The notes under the pieces are model-generated. The model did no database searches and was not told where the DNA came from. It saw only the letters and a list, made by a program, of their open reading frames with translations. From Sedimentisphaerales bacterium (GTDB taxonomy: Bacteria; Planctomycetota; Phycisphaerae; Sedimentisphaerales; SM23-30): DNA of 64,000 nucleotides. The stretch is from the NCBI GenBank assembly GCA_963666285.1, contig OY762711.1; one strand, given 5' to 3'. The first letter of the stretch is position 1. Every line of letters starts with the position of its first letter. Positions 50,793-60,558 of this stretch are shown here, in pieces. The translations under genes were made by a program, and so were the position numbers.

Positions 50793-51473
50793 ATGAACGA
50801 GCAAGATAAGCACAATCGAAGAAAACTGCTGAAAAACATGGCCAGGGCGGGTGTGCTGGCAGGTTTGTTTTCGGTCGGATATGTCGCGGCAAAGCCTGGA
50901 AGTGCCAGGTTTGTTAGTTCGTTGGCAGAAAGTGACGGTAATGGAGCTAAAAACGGCGGGCTACGGCGGGCTACGGAGGCTGACGGAGCAGGTACGGATG
51001 GTGACGGAGGTCGTGCGGCGGGCAGCGGCGGGCTACGGACGCTATGGCAGATTGACCCTGAAAAATGCACGTATTGTGGTAAATGTTCGGAGATGTGTGT
51101 ACTGCACCAATCGGCCGTAAAGTGCCTTCACAAGTCTGATATCTGCGGTTATTGCGATTTATGTACCGGATATTTTTATCCGGAGCCTTCCAATTTGGAC
51201 ACGGCGGCGGAAAATCAGGTATGCCCAACTGGCGCTATTGCCAGACGGTTTGTTGAGGAGCCATATTTCCAGTATGCGATAGATCACGATCTTTGCATCG
51301 GGTGTGCTAAATGTGTTGAAGGGTGTAGTAAATTCGGGAATGGTTCGCTGTACCTGCAGATCATGCATGACAGGTGTCTGAACTGTAATGAGTGTGCGAT
51401 AGCGGTGCAGTGTCAGTCGAGTGCGATAATACGTGTGCCAGAGGACAGGCCGTATTTTTATAAGACAGTTTAA
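50793..51473 (+). CDS. polyferredoxin-like 4Fe-4S protein with twin-arginine-like leader
   Basis: NRRKLL plus hydrophobic stretch; four CxxCxxC-type motifs. Confidence 0.8.
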   Translation: MNEQDKHNRRKLLKNMARAGVLAGLFSVGYVAAKPGSARFVSSLAESDGNGAKNGGLRRATEADGAGTDGDGGRAAGSGGLRTLWQIDPEKCTYCGKCSEMCVLHQSAVKCLHKSDICGYCDLCTGYFYPEPSNLDTAAENQVCPTGAIARRFVEEPYFQYAIDHDLCIGCAKCVEGCSKFGNGSLYLQIMHDRCLNCNECAIAVQCQSSAIIRVPEDRPYFYKTV

Positions 51474-51697
51474 CTGAAGACTGAAGGCTGAAAAGAGATA
51501 ATCGAAGAAATTAGAATTAATAATTAAGGCAAAATGTGTTCTTCCTCAGCTAAGGCTATGGAGGATATGTTGCGAGGTTGAAAAGAATTGCCTGGTGACG
51601 AGTGAGTTAGAATATGAGTAGTTGAGAGTGAGGGAGTATGTTTGTTTGAGATAGTGTTGTTAATCTAAGTTTCCATATAATATTAAAAAGGTGTCTG

Positions 51698-53152
51698 ATG
51701 AAAATGAAAATTGGTATGTGTTTGTTGTCGCTGGTGCTGCTGGTCTCATTTACAGGTTGTAAGAAGGAAGAGCCGGAAACGGCAGAGTCCGGGAAGGTTT
51801 CAGCTATCGTGCCGGAGGTGTCGGGGTTTGACAGGCTTAAAGAATCTGAGGGCAGCAGTGTTTTCAGCCTGGAGCGGAATCTGTCGAAAGAGGGCAGTCT
51901 CGACCTGGGTTTTGGAACGTGTCAGTGGCTGCATCCGCTGGATAAGTGTGAGGAGGAGCTGGCAGCTGAACCGGAATATGGTTCGGAAAATGTGGTATAT
52001 TACGCGGCGGGTTATGGCGATTCGACGGTTGACAGGATGCATACCTTTGTACTGGATGAGAGCGGCGGGACCGGCAGCGGTTATGATACGGTATATTATG
52101 ACCGGGATAATGATAACCGGCTGGATGGCGAGAATGAGCGGGTGAGTGTAGCAGTGGGTGACCCGGGACATTCAGACCCGGTGAGGATTGAGCTGCAGGT
52201 CGAGGTTGAGGGTGAGCGGTATCCATATTTTGTGAATTTGAGTGCGTTTACCTATAAGGATGAGAATAACCCGGTTGAGAAGGTGCATATGAACCTGCGG
52301 AACAGCTCTTATTATGCCGGGAAGGTGACACTTGATGGTAAAGAGTATGCTTTTGCGGTGGGTGATCTGGATAGTAACGGGATGTATAATGATTACGAGG
52401 AGCGAGTGTTTCGGGGTGACAGGCTGTTTGTTGACCTGAACGGGAACGGAAGTTTTAAAAGTGATGATGAGGGTGTGCCGTTCAGTCAGTATGTAAAGAT
52501 CGCCGGTAAATGGTATGAGGCTGCGATGAAGCCTTGCGGTGATGAGATAGCATTTATGCCGTATGATGGCACATTTGGGACATTGAAGGGCAGTAAGGAA
52601 TATTCGACGGTCAAGCTGTTTTCGGGGAAATTGAACCAGAAGGTTGATTTCCACGAGGGCGTGGGGCAGGTGCTGGTGGATGAATATAAACTGGTGCAGG
52701 TTGAGCTGGTTAGTATGGATGGCGATGGAAAGAGCTGGAAGATGAGGGGTGATTTTCGAGATGAGAAGCCGGAGGTGGCGGTTGTAGAAGATGGTCAGGT
52801 GGAGATGCCTAAGCTGCTGCCGATGGAGATATCTGTTACGGTGAAGGAGAATGAAAAGGGTGAACTTGAGATTGAGCATAATCTGGCCAGTGCGGCGGGC
52901 GGAGTGTTTCGGTGTCCGCGAATTGATGGCGAGAGGCCTGAAGGAAGTTTTACAATCGTAGATGAGAAGGGGCAGGTTGTACTTGAAAGCAAGTTCGACT
53001 ATGGTTGAGGCGATTTATGCGAGTACTCGTGGCGAGTACCAAGTGATCTGACCGGTAAATTTGTAGTTAAGCCTAAGATCGAGATGGGCGGTTTTGAGTT
53101 CAAGGTGATTGATACTGAGATCGAGCTTAAAGGCGGGAAGATTGTGCCGTAG
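51698..53152 (+). CDS. putative selenocysteine-containing lipoprotein (Sec at TGA 53006-53008; 484 aa if read through, otherwise ends at 53008)
   Basis: Lipobox FTGC; frame continues 47 codons past TGA (FDYG-U-GDLCEYSWRVP...) to TAG; hairpin GTACTCG-TGG-CGAGTAC at 53023-53039. Confidence 0.7.
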
Positions 53153-53490
53153 AGGGGCTTTAAAAGTATCAAGTATGAATTATAAAGTATAAAAAGAAAG
53201 GTGCTACGAATATAGGTAAGATGTAAAAGGTAAGAATTGTGGTGTTCTTGCACCGTACGGTACAGGACCTTATTTTAAATCGCCTGCGGCGAGATTACCC
53301 CTTACTGCTGTGCGTGGCTCTGACAATCTAATGCGATGTCGGGGTAATTTGAAATATTATAGAAAGGTATTGTAGTAAATTGTATAATATGAATAGAGCA
53401 AGCAGGACAATTGAGACAGTTAGAAAAAGATTTATATTCATCATGAAGGGATTGAAGGTAGTGAAGTTGAAATAAAGGATGTTGTTTTGT

Positions 53491-54825
53491 ATGAAGAAAT
53501 ATTTATGCAGTTTAATTTTAATTTCGTTTCTAACTATTACAGGTTGTGAGAATCATGATATTAATAGTGAATTTCATACGGCTGTTTTACAATCAAATGA
53601 AGAAAAAATAATTGAAATACTCGATGAAGGTTTTGATGTAAATAGCCTCGATGGTAATACAGTTGGCCGTAATGTATTACACAGTGTTTATGATCTTAAT
53701 ATTGCAAAATTATTAGTTGCCAGAGGAGCAGACCTGGAACAGCGTGATAAAGAAGGGGCAACTCCTCTTTGTACAGTCTTGCGTTTTGGCCAGGGTCATA
53801 TTGCTATGTATTATATAGACCAGGGGGCTGATATTAATGTGACCTGTTCGGCGGGAAGAACTGTTATGTATTTTGCATGCATGGGAGGAGAACCGAAAGC
53901 ATTACAATATCTTATTGACAAAGGCCTTGATGTGAACGCGAAATGCCATAATAAAACATATCCTATATTTGTAGCAATTAAATACGGAAATTATCATGCA
54001 GTAAAATGCCTGCTCGATAATGGGGCTGATTGTTTTGTTACCCATACAATTGCTGATCAATTCGATATATATCCAATACAGCAAGCGATAATAGCATATA
54101 ATAGTAAATTAAAAAACGCTAAACTGATAATTGAATTGTTGTTAAAACATATGGATATGTCACGCAAACTTAACGGAGATTGTACTTTTATACATTATGC
54201 AGTAGGTAACGATTTTTATTATGAACATGATTACATATATGATATAGCTGAACGTTCAGATATAAATTCTTTAAATTCAGAAGGGTGGTCGGTACTTGAC
54301 AGAATGGAATTGCTGAAAAATAAGAGTGAAAAACACAGGCAGTTTTATGAATATTTGCTGAAGAATGGAGCTAAGTCATTAAGAGTAAAAGGGGAACATG
54401 AGCATGATTTTATTGGAGGTGAGATTAATGAGAATAAAATTACAGCTGAGCAGGCTACATTATTAGTTGAGCAGATCATTGAAAATAAATATTCTCTCTT
54501 TGAAGATAAAGTATCAAACTATTATGCTGTTACGTGGTGTGATAAGTTGATTAGGCAAAAATATTCTGATCAATCTATAAGACTATTGGATTATCTATAT
54601 GATAATGCAGTGGATGATATTAAATTTCAAAAGTATTATTTTAGTTCGCGTGCATTAATAATGGCAGCATCTGTTGATAACGAAAAGGTATTTGACCATT
54701 TAATTAAGTTAGGGGTAGATCCAAATTCAAAATCAATAACAGGGAAAACCTTTTTTGAGTATGCAAAGGAAAAACTTAGTCCAGAGCTATGTAATAAGTA
54801 TTTAGAGCGGTTAAGTCAGGAATGA
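53491..54825 (+). CDS. ankyrin-repeat lipoprotein
   Basis: Lipobox ITGC; repeats LLVARGADLE, GATPL, LIDKGLDVN, LLDNGAD. Confidence 0.82.
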   Translation: MKKYLCSLILISFLTITGCENHDINSEFHTAVLQSNEEKIIEILDEGFDVNSLDGNTVGRNVLHSVYDLNIAKLLVARGADLEQRDKEGATPLCTVLRFGQGHIAMYYIDQGADINVTCSAGRTVMYFACMGGEPKALQYLIDKGLDVNAKCHNKTYPIFVAIKYGNYHAVKCLLDNGADCFVTHTIADQFDIYPIQQAIIAYNSKLKNAKLIIELLLKHMDMSRKLNGDCTFIHYAVGNDFYYEHDYIYDIAERSDINSLNSEGWSVLDRMELLKNKSEKHRQFYEYLLKNGAKSLRVKGEHEHDFIGGEINENKITAEQATLLVEQIIENKYSLFEDKVSNYYAVTWCDKLIRQKYSDQSIRLLDYLYDNAVDDIKFQKYYFSSRALIMAASVDNEKVFDHLIKLGVDPNSKSITGKTFFEYAKEKLSPELCNKYLERLSQE

Positions 54826-54872
54826 CCAGTTAGTTTTTGCCAGTAATTTTATTGTAATTATATTCGTTACGA

Positions 54873-55334
54873 ATGGCAATTAAAATGATTATGCTAATTA
54901 GATACATATTGGTAAAAAAACTTATAGAAAAAGCCTGGTTTATGCTTGGAGTTTTATGTGTGGGCCTATATCCAATGTTTTCATTAAGACTTTGGAATAA
55001 TATTGATATGTATCTTGTATTATTGATTATCGTTATTTCAGGGATTATTGGCTTTTTGTTAAGTAGAATCTTAGGTGAAATAATTGTATTCCCTGTTTTG
55101 CTATTGTTAAATTATTTAATAGAATTAGCAGACGGCGGTGAACTTGGTTACAATGATAGAGTTGTGGTAGTAATAGGAAAACATAAGGGTAAAGTCGGTA
55201 CAGTACGTAGTATTTGTGATACGTATAGAGAGGTTAAAGTTTATCTAGAGATAAATGAGAATCAAAGCAACTCTGAAGTATTTGATTTTGCTGCTGTTAA
55301 GATTATTGAGAAGGCCGTCAGAAATGATATTTAA
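54873..55334 (+). CDS. hypothetical membrane protein with KOW-like motif
   Basis: TM helices; DRVVVVIGKHKGKVGTV. Confidence 0.6.
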   Translation: MAIKMIMLIRYILVKKLIEKAWFMLGVLCVGLYPMFSLRLWNNIDMYLVLLIIVISGIIGFLLSRILGEIIVFPVLLLLNYLIELADGGELGYNDRVVVVIGKHKGKVGTVRSICDTYREVKVYLEINENQSNSEVFDFAAVKIIEKAVRNDI

Positions 55335-55719
55335 GGCGTCGCTGACGCGAGTATATTTTTAATGGCTATGCCGAAGAAAATAAAAAAAACACTATGAGAT
55401 CAGAGATCAGGTTGCCGGTTTCTGGGCGCAGGGAAGGAAAGCGGATATAGGTAAAAAGTAAAAGGTAAGAGGTAAGAGGTGTCTGTGTCTGGTCCTGTGA
55501 TAAGTTGACACATAAATATTTAATGTTTAGCCAAATTACAGGAGCTAAAAATTATGAAAACACGCAGGATCCTGGTTGTAGTTGATATTGCGAAATAACC
55601 CTTCTGGCGGCATTTTTGCATTATCATACTTATATATTTTTGCTTTCTTTATTTTATTATTTTATCTGTTATAATTATCTCTTAATATATATGTATAGAT
55701 AATAAAGGAGATATTTATT

Positions 55720-56703
55720 ATGAATAGGGCAATAGGTGTATTTCTAACGGTTTTATTTGTTTTTGTGGCAACAGTATTTGCATCTGAGGAAAAGGGAGGT
55801 TTTTTATTTGTTACGTTCAGGGGTGAAGGCTCGCCGATGACCGAGCAGATATATTTTATGGTCAGCCGGGACGGTAGCGAATGGAAGGCACTTAATAATG
55901 GAGAGCCGGCACTGGTGAGTACTGTAGGTGAAAAGGGGGTGAGAGACCCGTATATTATCCGCAGTCATGATAACAGTAAGTTTTACCTGATCGCAACTGA
56001 TCTTTCGATGCATTTTAAACGAGATTGGGGTAAAGCTGTGACGGTTTCCAGTAAATGTGTTGTTATCTGGGAGTCGGAGGACCTGGTGAAGTGGTCCGAG
56101 CCGAAGCTTGTCCAGGTTGCACCTGACGATGCGGGCTGTGCGTGGGCGCCGGAAATAGTTTACGATCAGGATAAGAAGCAGTACATGATATTCTGGGCGT
56201 CAACAACCGGCAGAGATGAGTTTAAGAAGCATCGTATCTGGGCTGTTAATACCTCAGATTTTGAGACTTTCAGCGAGCCATTTATCTATATCGAAAAGCC
56301 GACGACGATTATTGATACGACCATCGTTAATGATAACGGCACTTATTACCGGTTCACAAAGGATGAGAAGTATAAAGCTATTACCATGGAAAAGAGCAAG
56401 CATCTTATGGACGGCTGGGAGGGGATAGAGCAGTTTTCGCTGTCACAGATGAAAGGCTATGAAGGACCGGCATGTTTTGTTATTGAGCCGGCAGCGGGGG
56501 GGAAGTCTGCCAGGTGGTGTTTGCTGCTGGACTGGTATGCTCGCGGGAAGGGGTACCAGGCGTATATAACTGAAGATCTCAGTAAAGGTAATTTTGTCGA
56601 AGGAGAAGCAATGAAATTTCCGTTTCATCCGGTTCGTCATGGTTCAGTTATGCCGATTACATGCCAGGAGATGAACCGGCTATTGTGGAATGAGATGGAA
56701 TAA
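55720..56703 (+). CDS. glycoside hydrolase family 43
   Basis: VRDP, WAPE, IIDT, YEGP, RHGS; signal peptide. Confidence 0.85.
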   Translation: MNRAIGVFLTVLFVFVATVFASEEKGGFLFVTFRGEGSPMTEQIYFMVSRDGSEWKALNNGEPALVSTVGEKGVRDPYIIRSHDNSKFYLIATDLSMHFKRDWGKAVTVSSKCVVIWESEDLVKWSEPKLVQVAPDDAGCAWAPEIVYDQDKKQYMIFWASTTGRDEFKKHRIWAVNTSDFETFSEPFIYIEKPTTIIDTTIVNDNGTYYRFTKDEKYKAITMEKSKHLMDGWEGIEQFSLSQMKGYEGPACFVIEPAAGGKSARWCLLLDWYARGKGYQAYITEDLSKGNFVEGEAMKFPFHPVRHGSVMPITCQEMNRLLWNEME

Positions 56704-56940
56704 AAAAACAGGTATTAGGTATTAGTTTTTAGGTGTTAGGGAATGATTGCCGCAGAGCGGCAGGCTTGTTTTATGTAAAAAAATGAGGTGTTCGTCTATC
56801 CTTCGACTAGCTCAGGACAGGCCGACTCATAACTTAGTTTGAAGGACAAATACGGACGGACACGGATGAGAAGAAATTGTATGAAGGATGAAAAATATAA
56901 GGCAGCAGTTTGGAAAATGTAATTTTAAGGGTATTGCAGC

Positions 56941-59900
56941 ATGAAAGATAAGTATCGAAGAAGTATTGTGAAGTTATCGGGTATTGTCCGGGTGGTAATG
57001 CCGGGATTGTTAGCTATAATTGCCGGTTATGCGGGAGCCGGCAGCGTAGATCAGATAGCGAGAGAATTTGAGATGCCGCCAGATTCGGCCCGGCCGGGAG
57101 TGTACTGGTATTTTATGGACGGTAATCTGAATGGCGAAGAGATGACCGCTGACCTGGAATCAATGAAGGAAGTCGGGCTAGGCAACCTGGTATTTCTGGA
57201 GGTAAATGTAGGAGTACCGCGCGGTCCGGTCGATTTTATGGGTGAAAAATGGCAGGATCTGTTTGTTCATGCAGTTCGCGAGGCTGAGCGGCTGGGGATT
57301 GATATTACGCTGGGAGCGGGGCCAGGCTGGACTGGCAGCGGCGGTCCGTGGATAAAGCCGGAGCAGGCGATGCAGCACCTGGTGTTTAGCGAGACCGAGG
57401 TAAAAGGTCCGGGCCGGTTCAATGCCGTGCTGCCAGTGCCGGAGCAGCGTCCAACGCCCTGGGGCAATATGCGAAGTGATTTTTGTGAGGATGTGGCGGT
57501 GTATGCTATTGCCAAGTGTCCGGCGGTAATTGCTGATATAAACGAAAAGGCACTATACAACCGAGATCCGTACACTTCCAAGGCTGGTGTGAAGGCGTAT
57601 CTGCCGGCATTGGCAGAATATCCAGAGCCGGGCGAGGGGGCGGTAGTCTCGCTAGATGAGATGATAGATCTGGCCGGATATATGCAGCCGGATGGTCGTT
57701 TGGCGTGGGATATTCCTGAGGGTGAATGGACGATAGTGCGTATGGCCCGCCGAGCGACTTGTGCCAATACCCGTCCGGCACCGCAGCCGGGAGTGGGGCT
57801 GGAGTGTGATAAGTTTGATCCGGCAGCGTTAGATGTTCAGCTGGCGAATTATTATGATAAACTGCTGAAGAAAACAGGGGCAAGTCGAGGAAAGCATGGT
57901 TGGAAGGCGGTCCACCTGGACAGCTGGGAGATGGGGGCACAGAACTGGACGGGATCGTTTTTGGCTGAGTTTGCGGCAAGGCGCGGCTATGATGCCAGGC
58001 CGCTGCTGTTGGCTTATACCGGCCGGGCAGTAGAAAGTGTGGAGATATCTGAGCGGTTTCTGTGGGATGTTCGGCAGACATGCCAGGAGCTGGTATTGGA
58101 GAATTATGCCGGTTATTTGAAGGAATACGGAGCTAAAAACGGCTTTGAGCTTTCGATTGAGCCGTATGATATGAACCCGACAGCAGACCTGGACCTGGGA
58201 GCGGTTGCAGATGTGCCGATGTGTGAGTTCTGGAGTGCGGGGATGGGGTATGACAGTTCTTTCAGCTGTATTGAGTCGACGTCGGTTGCTCATACAATGG
58301 GTCGGTCGATTGTCTCGGCGGAAGCGTTTACCGCAGATTACGGCAGTGAAGGATGGCGTCAGTATCCATATTCGATGAAGAACCAGGGTGACTGGGCTTT
58401 TTGTATTGGGATTAACCGATTTGTCTATCATACCTTTGCCCATAGCCCGCTGGGCGGTGAGTATCGGCCTGGTATGACGATGGCGGGTTATGGTGTGCAT
58501 TGGGACAGGGGGCAGACGTGGTGGCCGATGGCGGGAGAGTATCATAAGTATATCAGCCGCTGTTCGCATCTTATGCGGCAGGGAGTAGGAGTTTCGGATA
58601 TATTGTACCTGACGCCGGAAGGAGCTCCGCATGTGTTTAGGGCACCTGCTAGTGCGCTGGCAGGTTCAGGGCCGCTGGCAGATAAGAAGGGTTATGGTTT
58701 TGATGGTTGTTCTCCGAATATACTGATGGCAAGGGCCGAGGTAAGTAAAGGGAAAATCGTGTTTCCCGGGGGGACAGCGTATAGTGTTATGGTATTGCCG
58801 GATGTTAAGACGATGACGCCTGAGCTATTGAAAAAGATCGAGAAGCTGGTAAAGGCGGGAGCGACGGTTATCGGTTCGCCGCCGGTGAAGTCGCCGAGTT
58901 TGTCGGGCTATCCGGACTGTGACGGGGAGGTTCGTAAACTGGCGAAGCGGATGTGGGGAAGTATGGAGTCGCCGAAAGAGATATTAAAGCGTCGATATGG
59001 GCTAGGGAAGATATACTGGGGCGGAGAATTGTCCATGACGGCAGATAGAGAAGCCAAGACGATTTTAGCCGGGAGCAGGTGGGTATGGTACCCGGAAGGT
59101 AGCCCGCAGGTTTCGGCACCGGTTGCAGAGCGATATTTCAAGCGAGTTGTAGAGGTGGATGCCGGTAGAGAGCTTGTTTCGGCGCGGGCGGCGTTGACAG
59201 CGGATAATTCATTTAAGCTATTGGTTAATGGTGAGCAGGTCCTGGAAGGAGATAATTTCAATATTATCCAGGAGTCGAATATCAAGAGATATATGCAGGT
59301 GGGAGAAAATGTAATAGAAGTTGCAGCGGCTAATGTCGGGGATGGTGATAATCCTGCGGGTCTGATCGCTGCGATAGAGCTTAGGTATAAAGACGGCAGC
59401 AGCGAGATGATCTATACTGACAGTTCATGGCAGGCGGGTTTGGGTAGAGAGTCAGAATTGAAGCCGGTGGTGGAATTGGGCGAGTTTGCGATGGGTCCTT
59501 GGCGTCTGTCAGCAGATAAGGCTATGCCTGGATTGTACCCGGAGTATAATATAACGGCTGATATACTGGCAGAGAATAAAATTGAGGAAGATTTCAGGTC
59601 TGATGGTCCGATCCGTTACGGCCATCGCAGAAGCAGGGAAATGGAGCTGTATTTTGTGTCTAATAAGACAGAAAACGAAGTGCAGGCGGAATGCCGGTTC
59701 AGGACAGGACTGGGCGGGCCGCAATTGTGGGATCCGGTGACAGGGGAAATGCGTCAATTGCCGCGATATAAAGTTGAGGATGGGGTAACGACTATACCGA
59801 TGGAGTTTTGTCCGTATCAGAGCTATTTTGTGGTATTTCCACGTTCCGGTGTGAAGGTTGCTGATGAGTCGGTTGGGGAGAATTTTCTGAGGGCGGCAGC

Positions 59901-60429
59901 CTTTGCGAAACTAGAAGGAGCGTGGGAAGTGAGCTTTGATCCGAAATGGGGCGGACCGGGGAAAGTGGTGTTTCCGGAGCTTTATGACTGGACAGAAAGT
60001 CAGGAAAGAGGCATAAAGTATTATTCCGGGATAGCGACTTATAGTAAGAAGTTTGATTGCGTAGAGGATGCTGCTCCAGGAGCGAGAGTGTATCTTGATC
60101 TTGGAGTTGTGCATGATATGGCTCGTGTAAGGCTGAATGGTGAAGAGCTTGGTGTTGTATGGTGTGCGCCGTGGCGTGTGGAGGTTACTGGAGTTTTGCA
60201 GGGTGGTACAAATACCCTTGAAATCGAAATAGCGAATCGCTGGCCTAACCGTATGGTAGGCGATAAGCAGGAGCCGGATGCAAATGTCAGGACAGTTCAG
60301 TGGCCGGAAGGGTACCTGGAAAAGAAGTCGTTCAAAACCGGTCGATATACGTTTGCAACATTTCAATCGTATGACAAACTGCTGCCGTCCGGTTTGCTGG
60401 GTCCGGTGCGGCTAATGGCTGAAGAGTGA
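56941..60429 (+). CDS. glycoside hydrolase family 106 (alpha-L-rhamnosidase-like)
   Basis: PPDSARP..YWYF, GPGWTGSGGPW, GLECDK, HLDSWE, PMCEFW, SAEAFT, GINRFVYH, C-terminal GH2-like sugar-binding domain, SGLLGPV. Confidence 0.85.
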   Translation: MKDKYRRSIVKLSGIVRVVMPGLLAIIAGYAGAGSVDQIAREFEMPPDSARPGVYWYFMDGNLNGEEMTADLESMKEVGLGNLVFLEVNVGVPRGPVDFMGEKWQDLFVHAVREAERLGIDITLGAGPGWTGSGGPWIKPEQAMQHLVFSETEVKGPGRFNAVLPVPEQRPTPWGNMRSDFCEDVAVYAIAKCPAVIADINEKALYNRDPYTSKAGVKAYLPALAEYPEPGEGAVVSLDEMIDLAGYMQPDGRLAWDIPEGEWTIVRMARRATCANTRPAPQPGVGLECDKFDPAALDVQLANYYDKLLKKTGASRGKHGWKAVHLDSWEMGAQNWTGSFLAEFAARRGYDARPLLLAYTGRAVESVEISERFLWDVRQTCQELVLENYAGYLKEYGAKNGFELSIEPYDMNPTADLDLGAVADVPMCEFWSAGMGYDSSFSCIESTSVAHTMGRSIVSAEAFTADYGSEGWRQYPYSMKNQGDWAFCIGINRFVYHTFAHSPLGGEYRPGMTMAGYGVHWDRGQTWWPMAGEYHKYISRCSHLMRQGVGVSDILYLTPEGAPHVFRAPASALAGSGPLADKKGYGFDGCSPNILMARAEVSKGKIVFPGGTAYSVMVLPDVKTMTPELLKKIEKLVKAGATVIGSPPVKSPSLSGYPDCDGEVRKLAKRMWGSMESPKEILKRRYGLGKIYWGGELSMTADREAKTILAGSRWVWYPEGSPQVSAPVAERYFKRVVEVDAGRELVSARAALTADNSFKLLVNGEQVLEGDNFNIIQESNIKRYMQVGENVIEVAAANVGDGDNPAGLIAAIELRYKDGSSEMIYTDSSWQAGLGRESELKPVVELGEFAMGPWRLSADKAMPGLYPEYNITADILAENKIEEDFRSDGPIRYGHRRSREMELYFVSNKTENEVQAECRFRTGLGGPQLWDPVTGEMRQLPRYKVEDGVTTIPMEFCPYQSYFVVFPRSGVKVADESVGENFLRAAAFAKLEGAWEVSFDPKWGGPGKVVFPELYDWTESQERGIKYYSGIATYSKKFDCVEDAAPGARVYLDLGVVHDMARVRLNGEELGVVWCAPWRVEVTGVLQGGTNTLEIEIANRWPNRMVGDKQEPDANVRTVQWPEGYLEKKSFKTGRYTFATFQSYDKLLPSGLLGPVRLMAEE

Positions 60430-60493
60430 GAGTGGTTTCCGAAAATTTTATCCGAAATTGATGATAGAGCAATATTAAAGTGTTCTAATAAGA

Positions 60494-60535
60494 AAAGCCA
60501 ATATCAGCCGTAATAGCAGGGCCGATATTGGCTTT
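60494..60535. terminator. bidirectional terminator between convergent genes
   Basis: AAAGCCAATATC...GATATTGGCTTT. Confidence 0.75.
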
Positions 60536-60558
60536 GTTTAGTTTGGTTTCAGGTTAAA

